Translations under genes and position numbers: made by a program
Notes under the pieces: model-generated
The model's input: the letters and a program-made list of their open reading frames with translations, nothing else
Told to the model about the DNA's origin: nothing
The model's database searches: none
Part shown: one piece after another, positions 52,060-64,000 of the stretch
How the letters are laid out: each line of letters opens with the position of its first letter
Numbering within the stretch: position 1 is the first letter of the stretch
NCBI RefSeq assembly: GCF_018977255.1
Contig: NW_024704745.1
Location: forward strand, 62,310,001-62,374,000
From: Callorhinchus milii
Lineage: Eukaryota
Length of the DNA stretch: 64,000 nt
Direction: 5' to 3'

Positions 52060-52330
52060 TATTAGATACCAGAAATAGATCTAATAAAGAGTTTAAGAAG
52101 GAATATCTTCACGCAGAAAGTAGTGAGAATGTGGAACTCGCTGTCAGAAGTTGTGTTTGAACCAAATAGAATCACTGTATTTAAGAGTAAACTTGAGGCA
52201 TACATGAGGGAGAAGGGAATAGATGGGTATAGGAAAGGGGGATAGGAAGGGTGGGGGCTAGCGTGGAGTGTTTACACTGCCACGGACTGATTGAGCTGAA
52301 TGATCTGTTTCCATGGTTTGTGCAACTTTG
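52060..52330 (+). mobile_element. CR1-type 3' fragment
   Basis: aggaatatcttcacgcagaaagtagtgagaatgtggaactcgctg (RNIFTQKVVRMWNSL). Confidence 0.75.
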
Positions 52331-52379
52331 TATTATTAGTTCATCCAATCTAACTATATTGTTTCCCCCACAATGGGGG

Positions 52380-52895
52380 AATTCACTTTACAGTATATTC
52401 TGTGAAGCGCTTTCAGACGTCGTGAAGACGTGATGCAAGGGTGATCCTATGCAAATGCAAGGATTATTAACTATCTGACTTTTCATAAGATTTATTTGAA
52501 ACATCGATTTCATAATTTCATATGGAGTCCTGTAGGTTAGTGGTTAGAACACTCATCTCGCAAGCGTGAGTGCCTTGGTTTGATTCTTGACAGGACGAAA
52601 CATTGGGCAAGTTTCCTTACTCCGCATGGCTCTGTTCACCTAGCAGTAAGTAAGAACCTGTTTGTAAGTCGATTGACGGATCGCTTTTCCAGGGGTAATA
52701 ATTTCTTCAAAATAAATACAAATAATTTGGTCGCTCAATCTACAACTGTTTGTGGGACCCTGCTGTGCGCAATTGGTTGCCTCGTTTCGTCCACAAAATG
52801 TACAGTCAATTCACTTTACGGTATATTCTGTGAAGCACTTTCAGACGTCTCGGAGGCATGGTAAGGCGCTATGTCAAATGCAAGGATTATTGTTA
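52380..52895 (+). mobile_element. SINE tail (52380-52470) plus long-subfamily SINE (52523-52895)
   Basis: tRNA head ggagtcctgtaggttagtggttagaacactc..., body and tail. Confidence 0.88.
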
Positions 52896-53394
52896 TCATC
52901 TCATAAATCTTAACGCATTTCACAATTTGCATTTATGTAACACCTTTTACATAAAATAAAGTTGAAAGACAGAATTGTTGTTTATAGTTTTAAAATGGAA
53001 CATCATACCCGTTTGTGGGGGAGGGCAGATTAAAAGTGATGTAGATTATGTCGTAACAAAATTCATATTGTCAATCATGTTTTTGTACATTGGATATTGG
53101 GAATCCTGCTAATGTCCCTGCTAATGTCACCTCACAAGTACTGTGTTATGAGCTCACCAGCACTTTCAGAGGTGGCCATTGCTGGTGGCTTCAGAGTCTG
53201 AGTCTGCCTGGAAATTCTCCAGGCTGTTGACACTGCTCCTTCAAAGGAACACTGTCATATGCATCAAGTGGTTCGCAAGCCATTTGACGATGATAGTGTG
53301 CATTGCCTAGCAACGGGTAGACGTTATACATCTAACTCAAAAGTCTGCATGTCTCCCTTTGGGTGACTACCAGAACAGCATTGTTCTGAGCTCG

Positions 53395-53795
53395 AGCTCC
53401 GAGACGCCGTCCGGCATGAAGGGCGCTATATACATGCAAGTTGTTTTTGTTGTTGTAGTATTGTGGTTATAGCTATGGATGAGTCTGCAGCATTAATATG
53501 CCTCAATCCGTCCGTCTTGCCCCCTTCTCTGCCCTTTCTCAAGTCCTGCCTGAAAACCTTCCTTTTCGACCGTGCTTGCAGTCACCTCCACTCCCCAGCT
53601 TGGGGTCGGGCTCCGCCACTGTTAAGCGCTCTGAGGCTCTACCCTGTGTGGAGGGCGCTATATAAGTACAAGTTGTTGTTGTTGTTGTTTCTACCCCCTA
53701 CCCATCTCCCCCTCACACTCTGGCCCCTATCCTCTCTCCCTCCACACCTTCGAACCTGTCTCCCCCTCCTCTCTCACTGCCAATACAACCCATAA
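53395..53795 (+). mobile_element. Stacked L2 3' ends and an L2 internal fragment
   Basis: Two gaagggcgctata...caagttgttgtt tails; ccctccacaccttcgaacctgtctccc homologous to 2378-2405. Confidence 0.8.
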
Positions 53796-53796
53796 C

Positions 53797-54164
53797 GTGG
53801 AGTCCTGCAATTCAGTGATTAGAGCACTCACCTCGCAAGTAAGAGACCTGGGTTTGATTCCCGGCGGGACGAAACGGTGGGCAAGTTTCCTTACTCCACA
53901 TGCCTCTGTTTACCTAGCAGGAAGTCAGAACGTGGTTGTTAGTCGATTGCGCATCGTTTTTCCGGGGGTAATAATTACTTGAAAAAAAATTGGTCACTCA
54001 ATCCACGACTGTTTGTGGGACACTGCTGTGTGCAATTGGCTGCCACTTTTCACTCACAAAATTTACAGTCAATTCACTTTACAGTATATTCTGTGAAGCA
54101 CTTTGAGGCGTCTCAAAGACATGATAAGGCGCAATATCAAATGCAGGGATCATTATTATTATTA
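53797..54164 (+). mobile_element. tRNA-derived SINE, long subfamily, full length
   Basis: Head can still fold as a cloverleaf (T-arm ctggg-tttgatt-cccgg); body; tail. Confidence 0.92.
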
Positions 54165-54445
54165 TCACGTCCTTGAGACACTCATTTAAAAAATGTCTGG
54201 ATGTTGTGATGGGAAATGGTAGGATGAGTTTTCTGGAAGGATGAGATCAACTGGACCAAAGGGCCTTCTGGAGCCAAATCAATCTTGTAAAAAGATCTCA
54301 TGAAATATTTTAATTACAATTTGGGAATGATCTTTGCAAAGCAACTTTCTGACTAGTGACACCAGTCTTTTATCCCATGGTTTTTATCTTGTTTAGTAAT
54401 GTCTTTAATTCTATTAGACCTCCTCTTTGGCTTTTTTTAAATAAT

Positions 54446-54868
54446 AGTCCTGTAGCTCAGTGGTTAGAGCACTCGCTTTGCAAGTGAGAGACCTGAGTTC
54501 AATTCCAGGCAGGGCGAAACCTTGGGCAAGTTTCCTTACTCCACACGCCTAATAATAATCCCTCCAAAAACCAAAACCAATAATAAAATTGGCATTTTCA
54601 ATCTACGACTGTTTGTGGGACATTGCTGTGCGCAATTGGCTGCCGCGTTCGCCCACAAATTTACAGTCAATTCACTTTACAGTGTGTTCTGTGAAGCGCT
54701 TTGGGACGTCCTTCCGACGTGAAAAGCGCTATATCAAATGCAAGGATTATTATTATTATTATTATAAAAATAATCCTTGCATTTGATGTAGTGCCTTATC
54801 ACGTTGTTAAGCTGTCTCAAGCGCTTCACAGAATATACTGTAAAGTGAATTGACTGGATTTTGTGGGA
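54446..54868. mobile_element. Young short-subfamily SINE (+, 54446-54764) tail-to-tail with a SINE tail (-, 54768-54868)
   Basis: atcaaatgcaaggattattatt...aataatccttgcatttgat. Confidence 0.9.
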
Positions 54869-55354
54869 GTATATGAATGTTGTAAATGCAGTCCTCCTTG
54901 TTTGCTGCTTTAATTCTCATTCAATAAACAAACCTGGATAAAAGGGAATATCTTTTCTACCTAGAATGGTAGCAAGTATTGCGTTAAAACAACACTCATG
55001 CCATCCCACCAGATATACTATTTTGTGTGGGTGGACAGAGCAGACTGGTTGCATGCAACTTGGCCCATTGCATTTTTTTTTAGTAATTAGTTATCCTAAT
55101 GTCAAAGGCGTTAAATAATTACAGGTTATTGTTACAATTGTAACCACAGTTCTTCTGCATTAATATCATGATCTCTTTTATAACCATGCCCAAATGTTGT
55201 AGCTAAATTAGTGTCTGTGACATTGTTCTCCTTCAGTAAAGAGTAAAACTTCAAACATCTTATTCACTTTTGTGATCCTGCTGAGCAGCATAGCTAAAGT
55301 GGAGTACTTTATGCTAAATTGAAATATAAAAGTAAGGTAAATAACTGACTTCAC

Positions 55355-55850
55355 AGCTGTTGTTCTGTGCAAATTGGCTGCCGTATTCTCCTCACTTTAC
55401 AGTGAAATCCTGTGAAGCCCTTTGAGATGTTTCAATGACATGATAAGGCTCTACATTAAATGCAAGGATTATTATTATCTTTTTGCTGCATTTTATAATA
55501 CAGCCGTTTAGCGCCTTGGGGCGTCCTCCTGTAAATGGCGCGATATAAGTGTAAATTTGTATTGTATTGTAAAATGGGAATTTGTATGATAGATCCCATT
55601 GCCTGAAGATTGATAGTGATGCGTATACGATGATGGAGTCTTGTAGCATATTGGTTAGAGCACTTGTCTCATAAGCGAGAGGAGCCGAGTTCAAGTTTCC
55701 TTACTCCGCAGGCCTCCGTTTACCTAGCAGTAAGTTGGAACCCAGTTGTTAGTCAATTGGTGGATTGTACAATTTGTTGCTGCGTTTCGCCCACAAAATA
55801 TAGTCAATTCACTTTACAATATATTCTGTGAAATGCTTTGAGAAGTCTCA
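55355..55850 (+). mobile_element. Degenerate SINE fragments and an L2 tail
   Basis: SINE tail 55355-55477; L2 tail 55510-55565; SINE with head 55633-55850. Confidence 0.75.
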
Positions 55851-57772
55851 ACAACACAAAATCTATTCATCGTCTAAATGAATTCCACACCACAGGATTG
55901 AAATTCTATCTTGCCTTTTGTCTCAGGTGAAATAGATAATGACAATACTGATTGTGAAATCTTTAGCCTTTTAGAGAAATTTCTGACTAGGTTCCTCATG
56001 AAAGATGTCTAATTAGACTAAATTTCAGAGTGAATAAGAAACTGGTTCTAAAGTAGGCAGCAGAAGGGTGAAAATTATGACTTGTGATATTAATTAACAC
56101 CAATCCTGTAATTAAGGCAAAAAGCGACTGGTTGATGTGTTAATTATGGACTGGTTTAACCATGCCACTTACTGAACTTCCGTCTTGTAGAATGGATTAC
56201 CAATTAACAGATTCGCAGCTTCGCTAAACATGAAAGTCAGAATTAAGACGGTAACCTAGAAATCAGCAGTTCAATGCCATCATCTGCAACGTGGCAGTTC
56301 AATGTAATGTTGGCTTTGGAGTGCAAACATTGTGACCAGAGTGTCGGGGATGTGGGAGGGGTCTACCTCAATCACCCACAGGCCTGTCAATAATAAACAC
56401 ATTGATTGGTCTCAATTTTCAATGATAAGTTACTATCAGCACCATCAGGTAATCTGTGAAATCCTCAATACAACATTTAATAAAATAAACTTTACAGCCT
56501 TCTGCTTTGTCCCAACTGTCAGAAAAATAATAGAAAAAATAATAGAAACCCAGACAGTTTACCTGAGGGTGTATTAGTGAGAGACTGCTTTGCATATTTA
56601 TTATTTCTATTCAACAAAATTGGTTTGTTATTGAAACAAACTGAAATCTGATTATATGCTGAAATGATACAGAAATAATGCAGTTTGATCAGTAAAGACA
56701 CAGTCAATCTACTTTACACAGTACACTGTGAAGCGCTTTGAGATGTCTCGATGACATGATGAGGTTCTATATTGAATGCAAAGATTATTATTATTATCTA
56801 CACTGTAGATATTATTGGCCATTAGGTTTTCAGTAAGATAATGGTGCAGGTGTTTGAACTTGAAAAACAACCAGGAATACAATCATTGACGTTGTCCTTT
56901 TACATTTCTGTCAGTTTTTGAATGCATACCAGCATACCACTGTTGATAATAGCGGTAATGGGTTTGCGAGGCAGATTTGAGCCATGGCATCTCTATCAGT
57001 GAGATCCTAGTCTCAGCACAATGGGAGGTGGAGCGGCTGAAGTGCTCAAGTCACTCTTGTAATAATGATACAATAATTCCTGTAATAGTAATCCTTGCGT
57101 TTCATACAGCATCGTTAATATTGTAACATCTCAAAGTGCTCCACTTGCTGTCAAGTAAAATGACTATGTGCTTTTACGCAAATATGGCAATTTGCATGCA
57201 GCAAAATACAACAAACAGTGCCTCCCCATAAGATGGTTTCTTTATCATACCAATTCAGTTATCACACAGTTGCACCCTATTCACTGTGCGCACCAGCCAG
57301 CTCCAGCACCAGAGCAACCAATTTTTAGGTTATCAGGGTGCTGCTGAAGTCAATTCCTGCTTTGATCCAGCGCAACACACATTAAATGATGTCAGCGGTG
57401 GCCTAATGAGCCTAAAGTCAGACATTTACTTTGCCGTGAGAACAGCTAGCATGTATGATGCACAGTGAAACGGACTATCATAATAATAATCCTTGTATTT
57501 GATATTGTGCCTTGCCATACTGGAATGACATCTCAAAGGTTTTTACTTTGGAAGATGGACCTCTAATATTCCCGTGTAACAACTGAATGTGAAATCACAG
57601 CCTGATGTAAACACTCTCCAGTGAGATATGAAACATGTCTGCTCAATGATCTGAGTCACTGCTTACTATATATAAAGCTTGTACTGGAAATGTGGACACA
57701 GTTTGCCAGCAAATCTTACTACTGTATGACAAGGGTTGTAGCGAAAACTATAATACAATAGGTACAGTGTGT

Positions 57773-58183
57773 TAGCCTGGCTCAGTTAAGCACTGACTCA
57801 GAATTTTGTGGGTTCAACCCAATAGGGGCTTGAGGTGACACTCCAGTGCAGTGCTGGTGTGTGCTTCATTATCAGAGGTCCATTCCTTCGGATAAGGTGT
57901 TAAACCAAGATTCTGCGTACCTATCCATTTGGATGTTAAAATCTCATGGCAATATTCAAAAAAGAGAAGGGTTTTTCCTGATGTCCTGACCGATCACCCC
58001 CCAAATAAAATTGCTTATTCACTTCATTGCTGTTTGTGGGATAATGCTGTGTGCTCCGATCGCGGACAATATAAACAGTCATGACACACTTTATAGTACA
58101 TCAATCATCAGGAACATCTCATCATGAGATCTTCTCCCAGTGTGAAAGGTCCTATATCAAATGTAAGAATTATTATTATTATT
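57773..58183 (+). mobile_element. Older Deu-domain SINE
   Basis: ggctcagtt...gtgggttcaaccc...gacactccagtgcagtgct...ggataaggtgttaaaccaag...ctcatggcaatattc; tail. Confidence 0.8.
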
Positions 58184-59359
58184 AAAACAAGGCTTATGCA
58201 ATATTCAATTTATTCCTCAAATTATTTTCTCATAAATTAAATCTATCTGATGATAGCAATTGCAAATCTTTCCTTTCCAGACAATCTTTGAACTTCTTTC
58301 TTTACCATTCAGTTCAATCAGTCACCATGATGAGCTTTGCCTTGAATGGGGAAACTGATGGGAATTAACAAAAATCTCAATGCACTGAGCAGATCCCAGC
58401 ACTTAGGAAGTGTTTTTTTTAAAGTGCCTTGAGTTAAATCATTTTTACAAAAACAATTTAGCTCATTGACCTAACCCACTTCTCGGGTTCTCACATGCAG
58501 CCCTGCACAATCAATCCTGACATTCAAATCTTGTTGAATTAGATCTGAGAAACAGTTCATCTTAAGTCACAGCTTTAGTTTCCATGGAAATGTAAAATAC
58601 CCCTGCAGATATTCAACTGACTCGCACAAATGTCCTTTTTAATCTGATAAATAATTTAAGCATTTTCAAAAGTTTAAAAATATGAAGCAAAATGCCCACA
58701 TCTCTGCCTCCATGCCAGCCAGTACCTTTAACTTAAATTGTAGTGTTAGATAAGGAGCACTAAATGAATGAAAACTGTAGAGAACAGTACCAACAAGACA
58801 TTCTATCACCTTTCAGTACCTTGGGACGTCCTTCCAACGTGAAGAGTGTTATATAAATGTCAATTTGTTGTTCTTCTTCAGAGTTGGCTGTGAAATGAGA
58901 AAGAACATTTCCTTCTACTTTTAAATCCCTTTAAAATTGGAATGTTGTCAATTAAGCAAAACCCAAAGGAATTTAAAGACACAATGACAGCAGTTTATTA
59001 TGTGGTATTGTGTTTTAAAGAATATGACACATTTACAGTTGTGGAGGAAGTCACTGCCATCACATTGCCATACGTGTAGCGGTTAGAATACCGCTTGCTC
59101 TGTAAGGCAGGAGCAGGTTGATTCTGGTTCATTACATTTGATAAAGTACCTTCACACACTGAGCTACTTTGTATTGTAGTGGCTGTTGTTATGCAGTTAC
59201 GTTGCTTGGCTCGGTTGGTACCACTCTCACCTCTGAGTCAGAAGGTTGTGGATTCAAGTTCCGCATCAAGACTTTGAACTCATATGGTCTACGCTGACAC
59301 TCTAAGCTACTGACTCGGAAGTAGGAGTGCTACCAACTGAGCCTCGCTAACACCATGGA

Positions 59360-59740
59360 AGATGGGTGGAGGAGCATTGAGAGATGGATAGGAGGCAAGT
59401 GACTGATGGCACAGTCAAAGAGGTAGGTTTTTAAAAGGGCTTTGAAAGCAGAGGAGACAGGGAATTCAAGAGAGTGGGGACTGAAAGCTCATCGGGCAAT
59501 GGTGGTGCAGAAGGGCTGGGACAATGAAGCAGGTCTGAGTTAGCAGAGCAAAGGGAGTGGGTAGGGGAGTGAGATTGCTGGAGATCACAAAGATAAGGTG
59601 GGCAAGATCTTGGAGGCATTTGAAAGAGTGAAGATTTTCAATTCAATCTGCCGGGGAATAGGGAGCCAGTGAAATAGTTGAGGATGGGAGTGATGGAATC
59701 TTGGAGTCTGGTTCAGGAAAGGAGATAGGCTGGAATGACT
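59360..59740 (-). mobile_element. Old L2 3' fragment
   Basis: gcacagtcaaagaggtaggttttt...gggagccagtgaa, antisense of the (F/L)HWLP motif. Confidence 0.7.
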
Positions 59741-59986
59741 GTGTGTTTTGACTGCATTGTTAAGTTGTACAACCCAAAGTTTGAGAATAACTATGATAAG
59801 ACATATGTATACATAAAGATCACTTCAAGATCTCTAATACTGTAATTTGTTTATTACAATGTGATGAGTCATCATTAAGTTATAAATGATTCAGCAAAAA
59901 TATGGCTTTGCTTTAATAAGGCTGAGAGGGGCAGCAGCTGTAAGATACTGTACTATAAATCCAAAGGTAATTGGCTTTGCACACTT

Positions 59987-60403
59987 GGTGGCACTCTCAC
60001 ATCTGGGACAGAAGATTGTGAGTTCAAGCATCATATTTGGCTTGGGCTCCTGGCTTTGTATTGTTGTATTGGGGGAGTGCTGCATTGTCAAAGGTTTAGG
60101 CATTTCACCCACAAAATATACAGAATTTCAAGGCTGAGACTGATAGATTTTTAAACAAATAGAGGGATTAGGGGATATGGGGATAGGGCAGATAATTAGA
60201 GTTAGGTCTGAAGATCAGCCATGATCTTATCGAATGGCAGGGCAAGCTCAAGGGGCCGAATGGCCTACTCCTGCTCCTAATTCTTATGTTCTTATGTTCT
60301 TAATTCACTTTACAGTATATTCTATAAAGGTCTTTGAGACGTCTTGAAAACATGCTAAGCCACTATATCAGATGCAAGGATTATAATTATTATTATTATT
60401 ATT
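59987..60403 (+). mobile_element. Deu-type SINE split by a CR1 3' end (60125-60300)
   Basis: SINE ...acaaaatatacag | CR1 ...ggggccgaatggcctactcctgctcctaattcttatgttcttatgttct | taattcactttacag... Confidence 0.82.
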
Positions 60404-61419
60404 AAATTGGGGAACCAACTGTTTAGGTGAAAGGTGAACAAAAGTTCAAAACATTTTTTTAAAAAATAATTAAAAGTTTAAAAAGGTGTTTTTTAAAAGA
60501 GTCTCTGTGAATAATAAAGCAACAGAACATCATTAATAGCATCAAAAAATATTGTGAACACTTTACAATATATTCTGTGAAGCGCTTTGAGATGTCTCAA
60601 CGACGTGATAAGATACTATATCAAATGCAAGGTGCTATTGGAGGTGCTATTGGAGAAAGGAAGTTTCTCAAAGTATCTTGCCAACAATTCTCCACATAAA
60701 ATCAATCTGCACCTACTGGCTGGCTGGTTGTGGAACTTTCCTGAGTGCAAAATTGCTGCTGCATTTCCTACAAAACCATTACTACACTTGACAGCAATTG
60801 TCATAAACGACTTTGAGATGGTCGACAATGTAAGGTGCTATAAACATGCAAATTCCTCCTTTTTATTCAGAAATTATTGACGTACAGCCTAACATGTACT
60901 CAATAGAGGATGCCACAAAAAGGTGGGATGTGTGAGACAAAAGAGCCAACCTGGAGCATAATAGAGGAATGAGTCAGCACTTTCTTAGTCCATTTTAATA
61001 ATGAATCCAATACTTGATACATTTAAAGCATCAGATAATTGATTTCAATAAATTGCTATTTTGACAGTCCATGTGCAATTAAGTTGCTAATGGAGGTTTG
61101 CTTAACATCTAAACTGTTTTAAATTTTGTGCGGTAGGTCATAATGAGCCATTTTCCTTTTGAAAGTTCTGACATTAGGAAGTACACTAGAAAATGTATGA
61201 AGATGTTTAACTTGAATTTTTCCTGAGCATCAACAGTGCTGAATGTGCCTAGATTCGCTTAGCCTGGAATCCTACAGTAGATCATCGACTGCTTCCTCTG
61301 TGGAAACAGGGGATGGAGACTGAACCAACAATCCCAATCACCAGGATTTGGTTGTACAAAAGTTATCTATGACATTGAGTCTGTCACAGACTCTCCAGAA
61401 TTCTCCTATTTTTTGCGGA

Positions 61420-62060
61420 AGCCAGGTGTCTAAGATATGTGGAAATTCATCATCATGCTTAAGAAAAGCATCCCACCTACACATGGAAATTCCAGAAATA
61501 AATTGCTGGAATGGAATACACACTCTCTCTCTGGAGGGACACATCCTGCTTACGTAATACCAGAAAGCATTAGGCGAAGATTGGCAAGAGCCAAGGCTTG
61601 GAGTTTGCGATGGGGTACTGCTGGAGTCTAACCAGCTAAATCCTCATAGCTTGTCATTGATAGCACTGGCTGGCAAGCTTTCCCGTTGCTTGTCCAGCTA
61701 GGACCATCCTAACCTAGGGCTTTGGCTTGCAAGATTAACAGGGGCTGAGTGGGAGGACTCCCTGCCCCCAGAGACTGGTCTGCCCTCCAAGTGCTGCCGA
61801 TGTGCTAGACTGGCTGTGTTGTCATCAGCAATACCCTGGAATACTGCGGACCCGCCTGGCTCAGGAACCAGACTACTGAGACCGCCACAGAGAGCCGACT
61901 CGATTCTGACAATCCATTGCCAGGCATGTCACCTAGGAGCCAATTCATCTCCAAGAAGAAGCCGCTTACCTCCTCCCCAAGGAGGATAGTTCTATGCCAA
62001 CCTGAGGATTTACGCCAACAAGCCCCATGCATTGGACTTGTTCCACAAGGAGAGAATGTT
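61420..62060 (+). mobile_element. Unclassified repeat, copy 2, possibly an I-group (Vingi/Ingi-like) LINE ORF remnant
   Basis: Homologous to 51094-51474; degenerate translation ...LARLTGAEW...LAVLSS/TLEYCGPAW. Confidence 0.45.
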
Positions 62061-63151
62061 GTTTATTTCCTTTCTTTCCACTCTCTGCTGCGCAGGTGGT
62101 AATCCTTACATCCTTCATTTGATATAACTCTTATAATAGCGAAATATCTTGAAGTACTTCACAGCAAATTGCTGAAAAGTATAGTGACTGGATATTTGTA
62201 GGTGAACACAGCAGTTAATTTGCAATGTTCATAAACAGCCACAAAGGAAATGAACAATTTCATCTGGAGAGTTACTGGCTTGGAATATGTACCTAGATTG
62301 CAGCTGGAAGGGAAAGAGTGTTGGGTACTGTTTTCCCACTTGCAAACTTTAGCAAAGTTTCTATCCCATCTCCCCAGTCACAACCCATTTTAATCTCTTG
62401 TGTCTTCCTCTCCACCAATGCTACCAGTTGTACATCTGCCCCAACTCCTCTGTCTACCCACATCTTAGTGACAACCTACTCAGTCTTTTATCTTTTGAAA
62501 TTTCCTCCCTCACCCACTATAGCTTTGTCTGCTGTCTTGCCCCAATTCTGTCTTATGTCTAGAGTTTGAGGTCACAAATCCTAAAGATGCTGATCTGTCA
62601 GCACTCGTTGCACAGACTATATACAGAGCCTAATCCAGAACAGCTCTATTTGAATGAAATTTCTTTGAAACTATGGCATCTCCCTGGTCTTTCTTTGTTT
62701 TTCTAGTGCTCTTCGGATAAAATATCACTTTCATCTGCAAACATCAAATGCACTGCACTGCAGGGAAGGAAACTCTATTACTGAGCCTGCAACTTTTGGC
62801 AGACAATATGACGCACATTCATCACTCAGCCCTCAATCTGTTTATTTTTTAACCTCTTTTATTGGTAGCCGCTTAGATCCAAGCAATAACAAACAGGAAA
62901 GCAAGGGGAGACTTACAGTGCATCAAAAGGAACCGTGACGTTGGTCGCTAATACAAGCTTTCAACACTTTAGTGCAAGGCTTGGAAGATTTTACATCCTG
63001 TGCATATAAAGTATTCCTTCCCCAATGTTATTCTTTCAGGCAGTTTCCTCTGCGTTCCTTTCTCCGTAACATCTGTACTTCACTGACTACCTACCCATAG
63101 CCCAGAGCTTATGTCATGGCTTCTGTTGTTACTTATTTTTCCCTCAGACAC

Positions 63152-63483
63152 AATAATAATAATAATAATAATAATAATCCTTGCATTTGATATAGCGCTT
63201 TTCACGTCGGGAGGACGTCCCAAAGCGCTTCACAGAACACACTGTAAAGTGAATTGACTGTATATTTGTGGGCGAACGCGGCAGCCAATTGCGCACAGCA
63301 ATGTCCCACAAACAGTCGTAGATTGAAAATGACCAATTTATTATTGTTTTGGGGTTTTTGGAGGGATTATTATTAGGCGTGTGGAGTAAGGAAACTTGCC
63401 CAAGGTTTCGCCCTGCCTGGAATTGAACTCAGGTCTCTCGCTTGCAAAGCGAGTGCTCTAACCACTGAGCTACAGGACTCCAC
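63152..63483 (-). mobile_element. tRNA(Ala-like)-derived SINE, short subfamily, best-preserved copy
   Basis: Head gtggagtcctgtagctcagtggttagagca-ctcgc-tttgcaa-gcgag...gttcaattcc; (TTA)n tail; possible cacaa TSD. Confidence 0.95.
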
Positions 63484-63519
63484 AAAAGTCAGTAAGGTGT
63501 CCCAGATCACAAGACAGGC

Positions 63520-63750
63520 TCAGATGAAGAAGGCACTTCAGTTCTTTTGATCTGATCTTTCCAGAATATCCACCCAACTTACATTAAAGCATCAAGCAGT
63601 TTCTTATATGAGTTTAGCGTCCTGACCTCAAACAACAATCCTGGTAACCTATTCTGGCTGTTGACTGCCCTCTGTGTAAAAATGTACTCTCTGATGTCTG
63701 TCCTAAGGTTGTTTTCATAACCCTGAACCTGTAACCTGTCTTACAGTCCT
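63520..63750 (-). mobile_element. CR1-type 3' fragment
   Basis: ggtaacctattctggctgttgactgccctctgtgtaaaaatgtactc, antisense of YIFTQRAVNS.NRLP. Confidence 0.6.
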
Positions 63751-64000
63751 AGTTTTGTTGGTGTTGAAGTGTTATTTGGGGTTTACTTTGGCCTCTTGAA
63801 CCTGGGCAAACTTCTGAAAAGTAGAAATAGGCTGGTGAGACAATTTTTTAGTAGAAAAGAATTATTATTATAGTGTTCCATTTGTTGTTTCTGTTTTCTG
63901 ATTCAACTTAACTCAGTAAGTAAGCTGTGAAGCATTGCTCAAACACTGGTTCTAAAGTGAGGCAAAACATTCAGGCCCATGATGTGGAATGCAGTATGGC

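Noticed and set aside
63405-63480. tRNA-Ala(TGC) gene (also at the heads of other SINE copies)
   Set aside because: The cloverleaf-like head has an imperfect T-arm and acceptor stem and is always fused to the SINE body and tail, so it is a SINE head rather than a tRNA gene.

Overview
AT-rich vertebrate genomic DNA. The repeat content (Deu-type tRNA SINEs, LINE2, CR1 with (ATGTTCTT)n tails, a Penelope-like tail) suggests a cartilaginous fish, possibly a chimaera; this is an inference. The only protein-coding gene I can support is MRPS9 (mitochondrial ribosomal protein uS9m) on the + strand. Nine GT-AG exons between 8344 and 37893 splice in frame to 291 aa plus a stop, and the N-terminal exons lie upstream of the window. 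The rest is intron or intergenic DNA dense in retroposons: about 30 copies or fragments of a tRNA-headed SINE with an L2-type tail, older Deu-domain SINEs, and many L2 and CR1 fragments. There are also DNA-transposon remnants (mariner-type, Tigger-like MITE, Helitron-like, and an element with perfect 22-bp TIRs). The most notable observations are a three-level nested L2 stack with target-site duplications, a degenerate Penelope-type hammerhead ribozyme, the TAG...CTA TIR element, a diverged repeat pair with I-group/Vingi-like motifs, candidate conserved enhancers, a divergent CTCF motif pair 3' of MRPS9, and a candidate non-coding first exon near 50.6 kb. I found no convincing evidence of a wholly new biological system. 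Most ORFs in the supplied track are repeat-derived or chance ORFs.
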